Of a stretch of 64,000 nucleotides of DNA, positions 29,401 to 38,218 are shown in pieces. How positions within the stretch are numbered: the first letter of the stretch is position 1; every line of letters begins with the position of its first letter. Position numbers and translations under genes: made by a program. Under the pieces are notes generated by a model, which was not told the DNA's origin, ran no database searches, and was given only the letters and a program-made list of their open reading frames with translations. Source of the stretch: an uncultured Coprococcus sp. (lineage in GTDB: Bacteria; Bacillota; Clostridia; Lachnospirales; Lachnospiraceae); NCBI GenBank assembly GCA_900548215.1, contig URJI01000003.1, positions 3,767 to 67,766 of the forward strand, written 5' to 3'.

Positions 29401-31204
29401 TTGCCGGAAGAGAGATCTTTGTTGCTGAAGCTGTTCCGTTAATCTCTACGTCGCAATTCTTATCCTCATCAACTACATTATCATTCTTCTTATATATATC
29501 TGTGATAGTTACATCTGTAAGATCTTTCTTGTTGTCCTCATTTATAGTGATGGTCCATGTAATCTTGCTTCCATCTTCTGAAAGGGTACCTTTCTTTGAT
29601 ACCTTTGGAGTCTTCTTACCACCATTATAATCTATATCTCTGTGTGATGTCTCTGTGGAAGTGTTCTTACCATCATCTGCTGTCGCAGTATTATCCGAAT
29701 TCACCTTGACGGTACCAACGCCATCATCAATATCATATATGACAATATCATAACTTATCTCATACTGATTGTTCGCATCAAGCTTTGGAAGCGTTCCGGT
29801 AAGCACCTGACCATCATTTGCAATATCTCCATCAGGTCCTTTCACATAATTCTCATCAGTGAGGATCGTGTCCTGCCAATTATTCAGATTCTTTTTCTTT
29901 ACAATTATATTCTGGACTTTTCTTTTGGCGTTTGATCCAAGTCTGGAATCAAGCTCACCTGATATAACATCATTGAGATCAATATCACCATCCGTTCCGT
30001 ACTCAGAACTTATTACAAGATTATAATTAAATGTAATCGTTCTGTTCTCAGAATCAGCCGTCACGTTAGAAACACTTTTCTTGAGCTTAAGATCTGTAGC
30101 ACCATCTTTTACATATTTATATGATTTGTTTGTCTGCTCAGAATCACTTACTGTATTGTTGTCCACATCAGCCTGATTTTTCTGATTCAGATTTACGATG
30201 TCCTGTCCAAGATCACCAACTTCACTCTTTACCGTGTATGTAACTTTGTAAGACTGCTTTGCACCAAGATTTGGAAGTGTTCCGGAAATCGTGGCCGAAC
30301 TACTGTCATAGGAAAGTTTCGACGAAATATCATTTCCTGATGGATCTACAACTTTTATGTTAACCACATCAGGAAGCACCCCTGTCAGATCATTCGATAT
30401 AACATCTTTAAATATGAGATCAGGAGTTGTCCCCTCAGCTGATGCTGTTCCATGTTTTGAAGAAACTTCTACAGTGTAATCAAAATATACATAACCATCA
30501 TCAGGATTTGCTGTATATCCGTTTGAAGCAGACTTCATCAAATCTACGTCAGGTTTGAAGTCAACTGGTACGTTGACAGTAATCTTGCTTGTAAACTTAT
30601 TCTCAATTTCATTCTTTTCATTGTATTTTGAGAGATCTAATGTTACCCATGCGGAGAAGCTCGCATCAAGCTCGACATTCTCAACAAGCTTATCCTTAAA
30701 TATAATAGTAGTAAGAATGCCGTCTACAACTGAATATGAACCAATCTGCACGCCATCCTTTGATATCGGTTTGTCATACACATTGTTACCGATCTTTATA
30801 TTATCAGGAAGCTTATACGTAAATGAAGCATCCTCTCCCGATGCTATGATCGCATTGACCGTATCAATGTCAAAAGTGATATCCATAGCCATCTGTGTTG
30901 TTGTTCCCTGTTTTGTTGAATCGTTAGGGTCAAGCGGAAGCTTATATATCTTATGGCTTGTATTGCTTGAACCATATACCTTACCATCAGCACCTTGAAT
31001 TATTACGCCGGTGATATATTTGTCCATCTCTCCCATATTCTGCGCATCTGACAGCAAAGCTATCGAATCTGTCGGGGTTGCGCTTTCATTCCCTGTTCTT
31101 GCTTCAGCTGCACTTGTCCAACTATAATTAGAAGGTGAGATCAACGTTGTGATCATAACAACAGCCAACAGCAAAGCTATGAGTTTCTTTGTAGTCTTCG
31201 TCAT
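20423..31204 (-). CDS. 3593-aa sortase-anchored adhesin with about 17 CnaB-type domains, SpaA-like domains and a Thr/Glu stalk
   Basis: Signal peptide; repeated (G/V)TKxWDDxDNQDGxRP...YTVxE...ITN domains; ExxAPxGY SpaA motifs; HPDTGD sorting motif followed by TM and KRKK tail. Confidence 0.93.
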   Translation of the reverse strand: MTKTTKKLIALLLAVVMITTLISPSNYSWTSAAEARTGNESATPTDSIALLSDAQNMGEMDKYITGVIIQGADGKVYGSSNTSHKIYKLPLDPNDSTKQGTTTQMAMDITFDIDTVNAIIASGEDASFTYKLPDNIKIGNNVYDKPISKDGVQIGSYSVVDGILTTIIFKDKLVENVELDASFSAWVTLDLSKYNEKNEIENKFTSKITVNVPVDFKPDVDLMKSASNGYTANPDDGYVYFDYTVEVSSKHGTASAEGTTPDLIFKDVISNDLTGVLPDVVNIKVVDPSGNDISSKLSYDSSSATISGTLPNLGAKQSYKVTYTVKSEVGDLGQDIVNLNQKNQADVDNNTVSDSEQTNKSYKYVKDGATDLKLKKSVSNVTADSENRTITFNYNLVISSEYGTDGDIDLNDVISGELDSRLGSNAKRKVQNIIVKKKNLNNWQDTILTDENYVKGPDGDIANDGQVLTGTLPKLDANNQYEISYDIVIYDIDDGVGTVKVNSDNTATADDGKNTSTETSHRDIDYNGGKKTPKVSKKGTLSEDGSKITWTITINEDNKKDLTDVTITDIYKKNDNVVDEDKNCDVEINGTASATKISLPAKIVLDGGKVYLTDGTNKIELSDRRSKIVLTYETAVTEGEKLTDTYYNEVGITKGTDSDSANDKVEIDNGGVKKKFVGITDGDDSSVLAWKTTISGKITAGSTYSDKIDKKWPDVDRSDHYFTNEQINNIHVGDLVQGTDYKLSYQITEFCGWENQRVVDDLSGISNPYDIMGFVITFLKDVDYADGQAQNIELTYSTTVKTDADNYEAKNDGTFTTSNSSKDVSDSYVVKKKTHGAIVKKYSISNGVDEKSSIVGYVKDDNVFIYKVVLNENFVYGKGDVLDFYDVLPEGTSLDTQYINNHRNEILPNGTGECVSGLDGVYFATYYADNKTNPSTGLEGSNHVKNVSVNGNRLSFSIDDMAFWDSKVKIEMYYAVKVDADVDAAISENDRTFVNNCSGTITSSDGSKTTETDSSSVTVTKPSMSKTAGSFDKNTKSIEYTVNINEDGKTLGTTGTVTVVDTYDYSSAASVNNVYLKSDSLQLVYADTGRNVPSNLYSYTYVDDNSAKKSTLTLNVPDSTKLILKYKYVLSYTGALDTTISNQVGILGSVSSADSSRVETEVHDDGVNYVSKVKQFHLTIIKTDAVMSGIKLKGAEFELYRYGSPDDLSDTSWHLIEPDTSEERITNAEGKLTLRSLYYNFYYKLVEVSAPDGYKTLDEPVYIYNLNADADSKKGPILEGIDDVKYPILSGTSMGEDKIADFDLPISNQPEDRKIQVKKLWKDANNSTLSDENIPVDGDLVVKIYSSTVSSSYDKNSTPVATVKLNRGNNWTSGELSLPVVDSNNKNLFYFAEEEFSDENFAVSYNNNGTVNGMITITNTDKTVRVEKTEIPVTKEWVDNNNKLNKRPTSVTVDLAVEKADGTSDIIADKQIVLSEENGWSGTFTDLDKKDADGNIIKYTVVENEVSGYTGDVDVTRDSDGVVTDVKITNTINVGRLQIIKMFDGGDSLTDAQKAAITFDITGPASYEGVTHISYDQFVLGSYVIDNAPAGTYTVTESNADIDGYKHTVTCEVNGNTIAIGDNVTVIDGDITAITFVNKYEELVDIRGTKTWDDADDQDGMRPENITVRLMNGDDEVDNVAVTPDAITGEWTYSFTGLPKYDSAGNEIKYSVKEDAVTGYDAEITGYDILNKHTPETINISGTKTWSDGDNQDGTRPGSITVNLLANGVKYASKKVEPDASGNWKYSFTDLPKYSNKQVIVYTITEDAVENYSTAIDGYNVTNSYTPGKTSVSVTKNWDDANNQDGKRPESIKVQLYADGSPVGEEITLTADDGWTYTWSGLAVKKAGHNIAYTVKETEIPEGYTSGEPTGNMTDGFTITNSYTPETIDVSGTKTWDDGNNQDGTRPGSITVNLLANGVKTASKEVTPDADGNWTYSFADLPKYNDGTLITYTVSEENVEGYDTAVSGYNIKNTYSPKKTQISVTKKWVDADNQDGKRSDKVKVVLLADGDVITDSEAELSDDNNWAHTWTGLDVNKNGNKITYTVKEISDLGDYTSETTGSAEDGFVITNSYTPEKIAISGTKTWDDADNQDGKRPESININLFADGVKYASKKVEPDASGNWKYSFTDLPKYSNKQEIVYTITEDAVENYSTAIDGYNVTNSYTPGKTSISVTKNWDDADNQDGKRPGSIKVQLYADGTPVGEEITLTADDGWTYTWDNLAIYSAGQKIIYTVKETEVPEGYTSGEPTGNMADGFVITNSYVPETTQVSGTKVWDDADNQDGMRDESITVNLLANGVKKKSKTITAADNWEFTFTGLPKYENGHKITYTVTEDAVAGYDTDITGDAENGYTITNRHTPETIDISGTKTWDDGDNQDGTRPTSIKVNLYADGIKYASKDVEPDASGNWNYSFTDLPKYNNGQKIVYTVSEDNVEGYTAEVTGYNIKNSYTPGKTMVKVGKVWDDDDNRDGKRLETVSVQLYADGVAYGDVVTLTEATDWVYAWTDLDEKKAGQTIVYTVKEVGSLGEYTSVVSEDGPNSFIITNSYTPEKITISGTKTWDDADNQDGKRPESIKVNLYADGVKYADKVVEPDASGNWKYSFTDLPKYSNGQKIVYTVTEDNVDGYTAEVTGYNIKNSYTPGKTMVKVSKIWDDDNNRDGKRFETVNVQLYADGVAYGEAVALTEAMGWTYTWTDLDEKKAGQTIVYTVKEVGSLGEYTSVVSEDGPNSFIITNSYTPEKITISGTKTWDDADNQDGKRPESIKVNLLADGVKYADKVVEPDASGNWKYSFTDLPKYSNGQKIKYTISENEVADYSSEVTGYDIKNSYTPGKTSVKVTKVWNDADNQDGKRAPSVKVVLLADGNRVAGSETTLSESNNWTTTWSGLDEKKAGNTIVYRVKELTTIDGYSTDLRFIDNGEFEVENTHIPSKVSVSGIKTWDDDNNRDNQRPDEITVKLLADGQVVDSKTVTAAGDWKYEFDNLDEYKDGQKIVYTVEETPVTGYYASVDGYDITNTYKPNNIKLTKTINGDVAPDDVAHNITFNVTGDNGYSKTIKLTDPDVKDLGNGKYEIMLVNVPNGRYTVEETAYTYDGSAVSVTYTVDGTDGDGDKTPSIRLTNGKDTDVQFVDTYRLGSISFTKAGLYKESCAENADDLKMLDGVEFALYSADDTDLANEIATAKSVGGTVVFDNLKTGTYLIKEKSAEGGYIIDDTVYTAEVTADSEEPASLNGVENNTLVNDLPRTDIKISKVSEEDNGVKLPNSVYGLYKKDENGEDELIAKATTDENGELKFEGILVDTEYVIKEIQSPDGYYVSEKPISIKFIKDDNGNVIVDSFDSGVNPDSGKATVIIDNNGNITWLEPTVKYLFDKVDEDGVPLKGATLRLEDADGKMVDEWITDGHSYEIVGVLAAGQTYTLREIKAPSGYDLAKDIEFTVSDDKVAAGEDTVVTITMVDKKTTTTETTETTETTETTETTETTQTTETTETTETTETTETTQTTETTQTTEVTTEDKHHPDTGDQVPIIPIALILFVSLGGCGCIVIYKRKKDKQSNQ
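20562..20715 (-). repeat. 9-bp tandem repeat encoding (TTE/TTQ)n stalk
   Basis: gtctcagtt-type units, about 16 copies, just before the sorting signal. Confidence 0.92.
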
Positions 31205-31390
31205 ATTCTCATTACCTCTTTCCTTATAATCTGATCATAATCATCTATCCCCGGATGTCAGAACAGACTCTCCCCATAGACGACATTATTATAGTTCAAT
31301 GTATCATAACACTAAGTAATTGTAAACAGTTTGTAAACAAAAAAACAATTTTTAAGAAATATTTGTTCACATTTGTCCTAATTTCTATTT

Positions 31391-32386
31391 TTATAGTTCA
31401 CTTTTTCTATCCCTGTTTAACAGTTCTGTGAGTGCCTCTTTTGCTGTCATACCATTGAAAAGCACATTATTTACAGCTTCAACAATCGGCATTTCAACAC
31501 CATATTTTCTTGCAAGAGCAAGTGTAGCTTTTGCCGAGTAGACGCCCTCAACAACCATCTTTACTTCAGCCATCGCCTCCTCATATGTCTTTCCCTGTCC
31601 TATGAGATATCCGGCATTTCTGTTCCGGCTATGAAGTGATGTACATGTTACGATGAGATCCCCCATGCCAGAAAGTCCTGAAAGGGTCTTTACATCAGCG
31701 CCCATTGCCAGCCCCAGTCTCATAATCTCTGCCATTCCACGTGTCATGAGCGCAGCTTTTGTATTGTCTCCAAGGCCAAGGCCATCAGATATTCCGGCTG
31801 CAAGCGCGATGACGTTCTTCACTGAACCTCCAAGTTCAATTCCCGTAACATCTGTGCTTGTATAAACTCTGAAATAATCATTCATAAATGCATTCTGGAC
31901 TATCTTGGCAATCTCAATATCACGGGCTCCTGCAACTACCGTGGTAGGTATTTCTCTGCCAACCTCTTCAGCATGAGACGGACCTGACAAAACTGCAACA
32001 TGTGCCTGCGGAATCTCCGACTCAATAATCTCCACAAGTGCCATAAGAGTTGACTCCTCAATACCCTTACTTACATTCACAATCAGCTGCCCTTCTTGTA
32101 CATATCCGGCAACGCTCCTGGCTGTACTTCTGACAAATGGTGAAGGGACGGCACACACTACCATATCCTGTCCCATAACAGCACTCGAGGCATCTGTTGT
32201 ATAATCTATGCTGTTGTTTAATATAACGCCCGGCAGCCTGTCTCTCTGCTCATGAAACTCTCTGAGCATGGCAACCTCTCTTTCATCTATAGACCAAACG
32301 ATCACCTCGTGACCATTTCCAGCCAGTAAATTAGCCAGTGCGGACCCCCAGCCGCCTGCTCCAAGAACACCAATTTTCATTATCAA
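31391..32386 (-). CDS. gpsA: NAD(P)H-dependent glycerol-3-phosphate dehydrogenase
   Basis: GAGGWG, SGPSHAEEV, KNVIALAAG and GDLIVTCTSLHSRN motifs. Confidence 0.97.
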   Translation of the reverse strand: MIMKIGVLGAGGWGSALANLLAGNGHEVIVWSIDEREVAMLREFHEQRDRLPGVILNNSIDYTTDASSAVMGQDMVVCAVPSPFVRSTARSVAGYVQEGQLIVNVSKGIEESTLMALVEIIESEIPQAHVAVLSGPSHAEEVGREIPTTVVAGARDIEIAKIVQNAFMNDYFRVYTSTDVTGIELGGSVKNVIALAAGISDGLGLGDNTKAALMTRGMAEIMRLGLAMGADVKTLSGLSGMGDLIVTCTSLHSRNRNAGYLIGQGKTYEEAMAEVKMVVEGVYSAKATLALARKYGVEMPIVEAVNNVLFNGMTAKEALTELLNRDRKSEL

Positions 32387-32682
32387 GTACCTCCATCTAT
32401 CCTTTTAAGTATTCTTTTACCGATGTATTACATCTTGCACTGTCTTAACGATTAAAGACATTCTTATATTTTACTATTTTTTCTTAATTGAATCTAGATG
32501 TTATAGCAAAGTTATTGATATAAGTTTGATATTTTTAAAATTCAGGCTATTATTACGGCAATATTGCATGTTATGTCAACTCACTTTTTCTGAACCAAGC
32601 ATTTTGTATAGTAAAATCAAATACATACTCAATCACATAATTTTAATTAGTGTTTTTCATATTAATATTCATAAAAAAGACA

Positions 32683-32724
32683 ATATAAAAGACGGTGATA
32701 TCAAAACAATACCACCGTCTTATA
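32683..32724 (-). terminator. Hairpin terminator after plsY
   Basis: AAGACGGTG / CACCGTCTT arms with an A/T flank. Confidence 0.6.
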
Positions 32725-32733
32725 AAATCTAAA

Positions 32734-33393
32734 CTATTTGTTTTTTGAACCAAATGACAGTTTATTCTCTGTACCTGCAATAAGTCTTTTGATATTTGGC
32801 AGATGCCTTATCACAGCCATACCTGCAATCACAGCAGCTAGTACAATTCCCTCTATCATCTTGCTGTTCGAAGTAAAATTGTAATCCCCATGAATTGCAA
32901 ACACTGTATACAATACAAAGAAACCAATCATGATTGTAAGCGAGCCAACTGAGACATATCTTGTAATCACAACACTTATGATAAATGCCGCAAGCAATAT
33001 CACAACAAGTCTCCAATCCCACAGACCAACTATCATTCCACCGCTGGCAGCAATTCCCTTGCCACCCTTAAACTGCATGTAAAACGGAAAATTATGTCCA
33101 AGCACAACACCAAGTCCTGTGTAAAGAACAAACATATACGCATTTCCTATGCCAAGCTGCCCTAGTATCACATGTGTAAGTGAACACGCTACAATTCCTT
33201 TCAAAAAATCTCCAAGAAAAACTATCAATCCAGCCTTTTTGCCGAGCACCCTGAGTGCATTCGTTGTCCCAGCGTTGCCACTGCCGTACTTTCTGATATC
33301 AACGCCCTTAAGTCTTCCATATATATATGCGGTCTGTATCAGCCCAACTCCATAACCTCCTACAAGGCATATTACTCTTATCGCTATCTCCAT
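32734..33393 (-). CDS. plsY: Glycerol-3-phosphate acyltransferase
   Basis: DIRKYGSGNAGTTNALR, GHNFP..FKGGKGIA and RHLPNIKRL motifs. Confidence 0.96.
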   Translation of the reverse strand: MEIAIRVICLVGGYGVGLIQTAYIYGRLKGVDIRKYGSGNAGTTNALRVLGKKAGLIVFLGDFLKGIVACSLTHVILGQLGIGNAYMFVLYTGLGVVLGHNFPFYMQFKGGKGIAASGGMIVGLWDWRLVVILLAAFIISVVITRYVSVGSLTIMIGFFVLYTVFAIHGDYNFTSNSKMIEGIVLAAVIAGMAVIRHLPNIKRLIAGTENKLSFGSKNK

Positions 33394-33395
33394 GA

Positions 33396-34718
33396 CTATT
33401 TCTCTTTCCTCTCTCTGATTATGAATTTTAAAGGCGTTCCCCTGAATCCAAATGACTCTCTTATCCTGTTCTCAATATATCTTGTATATGAGAAGTGCAT
33501 AAGTTCCTTGTCGTTTACAAATATAACAAATGTAGGCGGTTTTACAGCAACCTGTGTTATATAGTAAAGTTTCAGTCTCTTGCCCTTATCTGAAGGAGGC
33601 TGCTGCATCGCAACAGCTTCACTCATAATCTCATTAAGTACACCAGTAGCTATTCGGAGTGAGTGATTCTCTATGACAGCATCTATAGTCTCAAATAGTT
33701 TAGGAAGTCGCTGTCCTGTCTGTGCAGATATAAAAATGAGCTCTGCATACGGCATATATGACAGCTTATTTCTTATTTCTTCTGTAAATTTATATATGGT
33801 CTTGTCATTTTTCTCTATGGCATCCCATTTATTTACAGCTATTATCATACCCTTTCCGCGCTCATGTGCTATTCCAGCAATCTTGGCATCCTGATCTGTT
33901 ATACCCTCTGTGGCATCTATAACAAGAACAGCCACATTACATCTCTCAACTGCTGATACCGTCCTTATGATACTATATCTCTCAATATCCTCTTTGATCT
34001 TGCTCTTTCGTCTAAGTCCTGCAGTATCTATGAATACATATTTCCTGCCATTTCTGACAATCTCAGTATCGACGGCATCTCTGGTGGTTCCAGCTATATC
34101 AGACACTATAACTCTATCCTCACCAAGGAGTTTATTTATAATAGAAGATTTGCCAACATTTGGTTTTCCAATGATTGCAATCCTTGGTCTCTCATCCTCT
34201 ACCTCTTCTCTCGCCGACTCATCAAAATGTGAGACCACTTCGTCGAGCATATCTCCTATTCCAAGTCTTGACGATCCCGATATCGGATGTGGATCTCCAA
34301 GGCCAAGATTGTAAAATTCATACACATCCGGCATAAATTTCTCAAAACTGTCAACCTTGTTTACAACCAGAACTATAGGCTTATTTGATCTTCTTAGCAT
34401 GTCAGCAACCTTTGAATCATCATCAACCATCCCCTGTCTGACATCTGTCATGAAAATGATGACATCAGCAGTCTCTATGGCTATCTCAGCCTGCTCTCTC
34501 ATGCTCTTAAGTATGATATTATCAGACTCCGGTTCAATACCTCCGGTATCTATAAGCGTAAAATTGTAATCCAGCCAGTTAATATCAGCATATATCCTGT
34601 CTCTGGTAACTCCCGGTGTATCCTGTACTATGGATATCTTCTCCCCGGCAAGCACATTGAACAGAGTAGATTTACCTACGTTTGGTCTTCCAACTATGGC
34701 TACAATAGGTTTACTCAT
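33396..34718 (-). CDS. der: Ribosome biogenesis GTPase Der
   Basis: Two GTPase domains ([16 protein letters not shown]) plus a KH-like C-terminus. Confidence 0.98.
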   Translation of the reverse strand: MSKPIVAIVGRPNVGKSTLFNVLAGEKISIVQDTPGVTRDRIYADINWLDYNFTLIDTGGIEPESDNIILKSMREQAEIAIETADVIIFMTDVRQGMVDDDSKVADMLRRSNKPIVLVVNKVDSFEKFMPDVYEFYNLGLGDPHPISGSSRLGIGDMLDEVVSHFDESAREEVEDERPRIAIIGKPNVGKSSIINKLLGEDRVIVSDIAGTTRDAVDTEIVRNGRKYVFIDTAGLRRKSKIKEDIERYSIIRTVSAVERCNVAVLVIDATEGITDQDAKIAGIAHERGKGMIIAVNKWDAIEKNDKTIYKFTEEIRNKLSYMPYAELIFISAQTGQRLPKLFETIDAVIENHSLRIATGVLNEIMSEAVAMQQPPSDKGKRLKLYYITQVAVKPPTFVIFVNDKELMHFSYTRYIENRIRESFGFRGTPLKFIIRERKEK

Positions 34719-34741
34719 TCCTGTTTCCTCCGTTTATTTAT

Positions 34742-36052
34742 TTACACATCATCGTCAATAAGTGCATGTATAAGATCAGCACCACTTGATTCTACAATAC
34801 AAACTTTGACTTGTAAAGCATCTGTAAACTCATCAATGGTTAGATCATCAAGGAATTTCGGCTCATCCGCCATAAGTGTGTTAGATGGAAGTACAAGCCG
34901 TTCTCCAAGCGGTTTATCTTTAAGCTGTTTTATTATATCTCCACCTGTCAGAAGTCCTGTCACAGTGATTCTGTGACCAAAGAAATCATTTATGATCTTA
35001 TACAGATGAATCTTCACATTCGGAAATTTTTCACCTATCCGGTCGACAAGGCGCTTTATTGAATTATATACAAGCACCCCTGTAACAGCAGAGACCTCTA
35101 GTTCTCTGTCATCACCCTCTATCTCATCAAATGCCTCATCGAATTCGTCAGACAGTAGTCTTACCATGCCGACACCGTTCTCAAGCTGTATGAAGCCGTC
35201 ATATCTTTCAGCCTCAGGGAATTCTCTTCCGGCATTTATATACCACTCATCACTGGCCTGTACGAAATGTATACCGTGCTTCTCGTAGCATTCCTTCTGG
35301 AAACCCTCTATGATATCTATAACCTCACCAGCATCCTCAGCGGTAAACGGCTCCAGATGGAACAGACCATCTCTATAATCAGACAAGCCAACCGGCACCA
35401 CAGACATACTCTCCATAACTGGCACAAACTCCATAAGATCTGAGATTGTTCGCCTGAGCTCATCGCCATCATTTATACCTTTACACAAAACCACCTGACC
35501 GTTCATAGGAATTCCCGCATTATAAAATTTCCTTATGCGTTCGAGTATCGTTCCCGCAAATCTGTTATTCAGCATACTACAGCGAAGTTCCGGATTTGTC
35601 GTGTGGACAGATATATTTATAGGGGCAAGATGATAATTGATTATACGGTCTATATCAGCGTCTTTCATATTGGTAAGCGTTATATAATTACCCTGAAGAA
35701 ATGACAATCTGGAATCATCATCCTTAAAATATATCGTATCTCTCATCCCTTTTGGGTTCTGATCAATAAAGCAAAATATGCACTTATTATAACAGGATTT
35801 ATAGTTGTCCATGAGGGAATTCTCAAAGACTATACCCAGATCCTCATCATATTCCTTGTCGATCTCAAGAAGCCATTCTTCACCATCAGGCTTTCTGACA
35901 AGGAGTTCTATATATTCATCGTTTATAAGATATTGGTAGTCAAATATATCCTCTATGGGATGATCGTTTACCGCCAAAATATTATCTCCCGGTTCGATCT
36001 CAAGCTCTTCAGCTATACTGCCATCCAATACACTTTTAACTATGTGTTCCAT
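34742..36052 (-). CDS. PDZ + radical-SAM-like DUF512 protein (TIGR03279-like)
   Basis: N-terminal PDZ-like SIAEELEIEPGD; CYNKCIFC (CxxxCxxC); KDDDSRLSFLQGNY; QLENGVG. Confidence 0.88.
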   Translation of the reverse strand: MEHIVKSVLDGSIAEELEIEPGDNILAVNDHPIEDIFDYQYLINDEYIELLVRKPDGEEWLLEIDKEYDEDLGIVFENSLMDNYKSCYNKCIFCFIDQNPKGMRDTIYFKDDDSRLSFLQGNYITLTNMKDADIDRIINYHLAPINISVHTTNPELRCSMLNNRFAGTILERIRKFYNAGIPMNGQVVLCKGINDGDELRRTISDLMEFVPVMESMSVVPVGLSDYRDGLFHLEPFTAEDAGEVIDIIEGFQKECYEKHGIHFVQASDEWYINAGREFPEAERYDGFIQLENGVGMVRLLSDEFDEAFDEIEGDDRELEVSAVTGVLVYNSIKRLVDRIGEKFPNVKIHLYKIINDFFGHRITVTGLLTGGDIIKQLKDKPLGERLVLPSNTLMADEPKFLDDLTIDEFTDALQVKVCIVESSGADLIHALIDDDV

Positions 36053-36091
36053 ACCAACCTCATATTCATTTCATGTTTACAGAAAATCCCA

Positions 36092-36934
36092 TCAGAGCAT
36101 GATGACTGCGCCAAGATTTCCTCTGAGTCCATGGCTAGCTCTGTGTGAGAATAATACGTCGCTGTTGCAACACGTACATATATTTGTCACATCAATTTTT
36201 TCAGGCAGAACACCGGAATCAACCAAATTATAATAATTTGCCCTATGCAGATCAAGAAGATACTTGCCATCTCCCTTATCATACACAATTTCATCCACCT
36301 GAGCCTTCGTATAAGCATCCATAAACTGTTTTGCCACATCCTCACTTACCTCGTAGCAGTCTTTGCATATAGACGGTCCTACCGCGCATATAAGATCAGA
36401 TGCCTCTGTACCATACTCCTCCTTAAGACGTGAGAGCATACATCGGCTGATCTTTGCCACAGTTCCCTTCCAACCAGAGTGATTCATAGCGACAACTTTT
36501 TTTACCGGATCATAGAAGAACACTGGTACGCAATCAGCGTAGAATGTCATAAGAGGAATCCCCGGAACATTTGTCATAAGACCATCAATTTCCCTGATAT
36601 CAGTATCTCTCATGATTCCTTTACCAGCATCTTTCTCGGTTACTTTATATATATCCGTCTTATGCACCTGATCTGAGAACACAAGCTTTCTGTAATCATA
36701 CCCCACTGCATCCGCAAATCTTCTGTGATTTTCCATGACAGCATCCGGATCATCTCCTCTGTGAAAGCTGAGATTCATCGATCCAAGATAGCCTTTACTG
36801 ACACCGCCTATCCTCGTTGAGAATCCATGAACTACACCGGCTCTGTCTAATTTGTCAAACGTAATATATATAACCCCATTCTTATTGTGCAGATGGGTCG
36901 AATTTCCATGTCTGATATATTTTATCTCATTCAT
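36092..36934 (-). CDS. pgeF: Peptidoglycan editing factor / purine nucleoside phosphorylase YfiH family
   Basis: HGFSTRIGGVS, DQVH, ADCVP, HSGWKG, GPSIC..CYEV and FSHR motifs. Confidence 0.93.
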   Translation of the reverse strand: MNEIKYIRHGNSTHLHNKNGVIYITFDKLDRAGVVHGFSTRIGGVSKGYLGSMNLSFHRGDDPDAVMENHRRFADAVGYDYRKLVFSDQVHKTDIYKVTEKDAGKGIMRDTDIREIDGLMTNVPGIPLMTFYADCVPVFFYDPVKKVVAMNHSGWKGTVAKISRCMLSRLKEEYGTEASDLICAVGPSICKDCYEVSEDVAKQFMDAYTKAQVDEIVYDKGDGKYLLDLHRANYYNLVDSGVLPEKIDVTNICTCCNSDVLFSHRASHGLRGNLGAVIML

Positions 36935-36994
36935 AAAGCAACTGCTCCAAACTATTTTCCCATTAAAAATATAATACCTATACTGACAACTATA

Positions 36995-37357
36995 TCAATT
37001 ATACCATGAGTACTCAAATGCGTTTTCTATGTGATGTATATTATCTTCCATAACTGTTATCACATCAAATCTAACCCCGACATCAACTCCATATCCCATG
37101 TGTTTCAGAAAATGTAAGGCCACGCGGGATATCTGTCTCTGTTTATTTGCACCCACCGCTTCCTCCGGCGTGCCTTTTCTAAAATTCGAGCGGTACTTCA
37201 CTTCAACAAACACAATGTAACCATCTTTTTCTGCCACAATATCTATCTCACCAGACGCCATCCTGTAGTTTCTGGCAAGTATCACATAGCCTTTTCCAGC
37301 AAGATAATCAGCGGCAACATTTTCATAAGTCGAACCTATGCTTCTGCTATTGTACAT
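36995..37357 (-). CDS. yraN: YraN family (UPF0102) nuclease-like protein
   Basis: GEIDIVA, VFVEVKYR, RFDV and HIENAF motifs. Confidence 0.93.
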   Translation of the reverse strand: MYNSRSIGSTYENVAADYLAGKGYVILARNYRMASGEIDIVAEKDGYIVFVEVKYRSNFRKGTPEEAVGANKQRQISRVALHFLKHMGYGVDVGVRFDVITVMEDNIHHIENAFEYSWYN

Positions 37358-37402
37358 ATGTTCCTTTCTACACAAAACACAACAAATTCATATATACAAG
37401 TT

Positions 37403-38158
37403 CTATACAAAATTACCAATAAAACTTCTTCTATGTATGGCACATGGCCCCATGTTTTTGAGCGCAGATATATGCTCCGCGGTTCCATATCCCATATTCC
37501 TTGCAAAACCATACCCGGGATAGACACTGTCATACTCCACCATAAGTCTGTCTCTTGTGACTTTTGCTATGATGCTGGCAGCTGCAATAGACGCAGAAAG
37601 TGTGTCACCTTTTATTATTCCCTTCTGAGTGATATCAACGTCAGGAATATTTACCGCATCGTTCAGCAGGATATCAGGCTTGACGGAAAGCTTAGATATA
37701 GCCTGTCTCATAGCTTCATAGTCAGCGTTCAAAATGTTTATATCATCTATCACATCCTGATCTGCCATTCCAACACCAACAGATACCGCCTTCATCATTA
37801 TCTCTTCATACAATGCCTCTCTCTTTTTAGCTGAAAGCTGCTTCGAATCATTGAGATAGAGAATGTCACAGTTTTTGGGAAGTATTACAGCAGCAGCAAC
37901 AACCGGTCCAGCCAGAGGGCCACGACCGACTTCATCTATTCCACAAATATACTGTTTGTCTGCAAATTCTCTCTCAAATTGAAACATCTTATAAGATCTT
38001 TCAAGTTCGGCATGATATGTATCAAGCTTTTTTTCTGCCGATCTAACTATTTTTTTTACTCCATCTCTTTCATCTGATGCATATTTTTCTATAATTTCTT
38101 TGTAATCACGAATGTCAGCCTCTGCAAAAATTCGTTTTATATCAACTATACTTGCCAT
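37403..38158 (-). CDS. rnhB: Ribonuclease HII
   Basis: GIDEVGRGPLAGPV, NDSKQL, SIAAASIIAKVTRD and HRRSF motifs. Confidence 0.97.
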   Translation of the reverse strand: MASIVDIKRIFAEADIRDYKEIIEKYASDERDGVKKIVRSAEKKLDTYHAELERSYKMFQFEREFADKQYICGIDEVGRGPLAGPVVAAAVILPKNCDILYLNDSKQLSAKKREALYEEIMMKAVSVGVGMADQDVIDDINILNADYEAMRQAISKLSVKPDILLNDAVNIPDVDITQKGIIKGDTLSASIAAASIIAKVTRDRLMVEYDSVYPGYGFARNMGYGTAEHISALKNMGPCAIHRRSFIGNFV

Positions 38159-38170
38159 AGTTCCTCCACA

Positions 38171-38210
38171 AAACAGGGGCTGTTGCCATCGCTCGGCAGC
38201 GGCCCCCGTT
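38171..38210 (-). terminator. GC-rich hairpin after the lepB paralog
   Basis: GGGGCTGTTGCC / GGCAGCGGCCCC imperfect stem. Confidence 0.5.
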
Positions 38211-38218
38211 AATACAGG

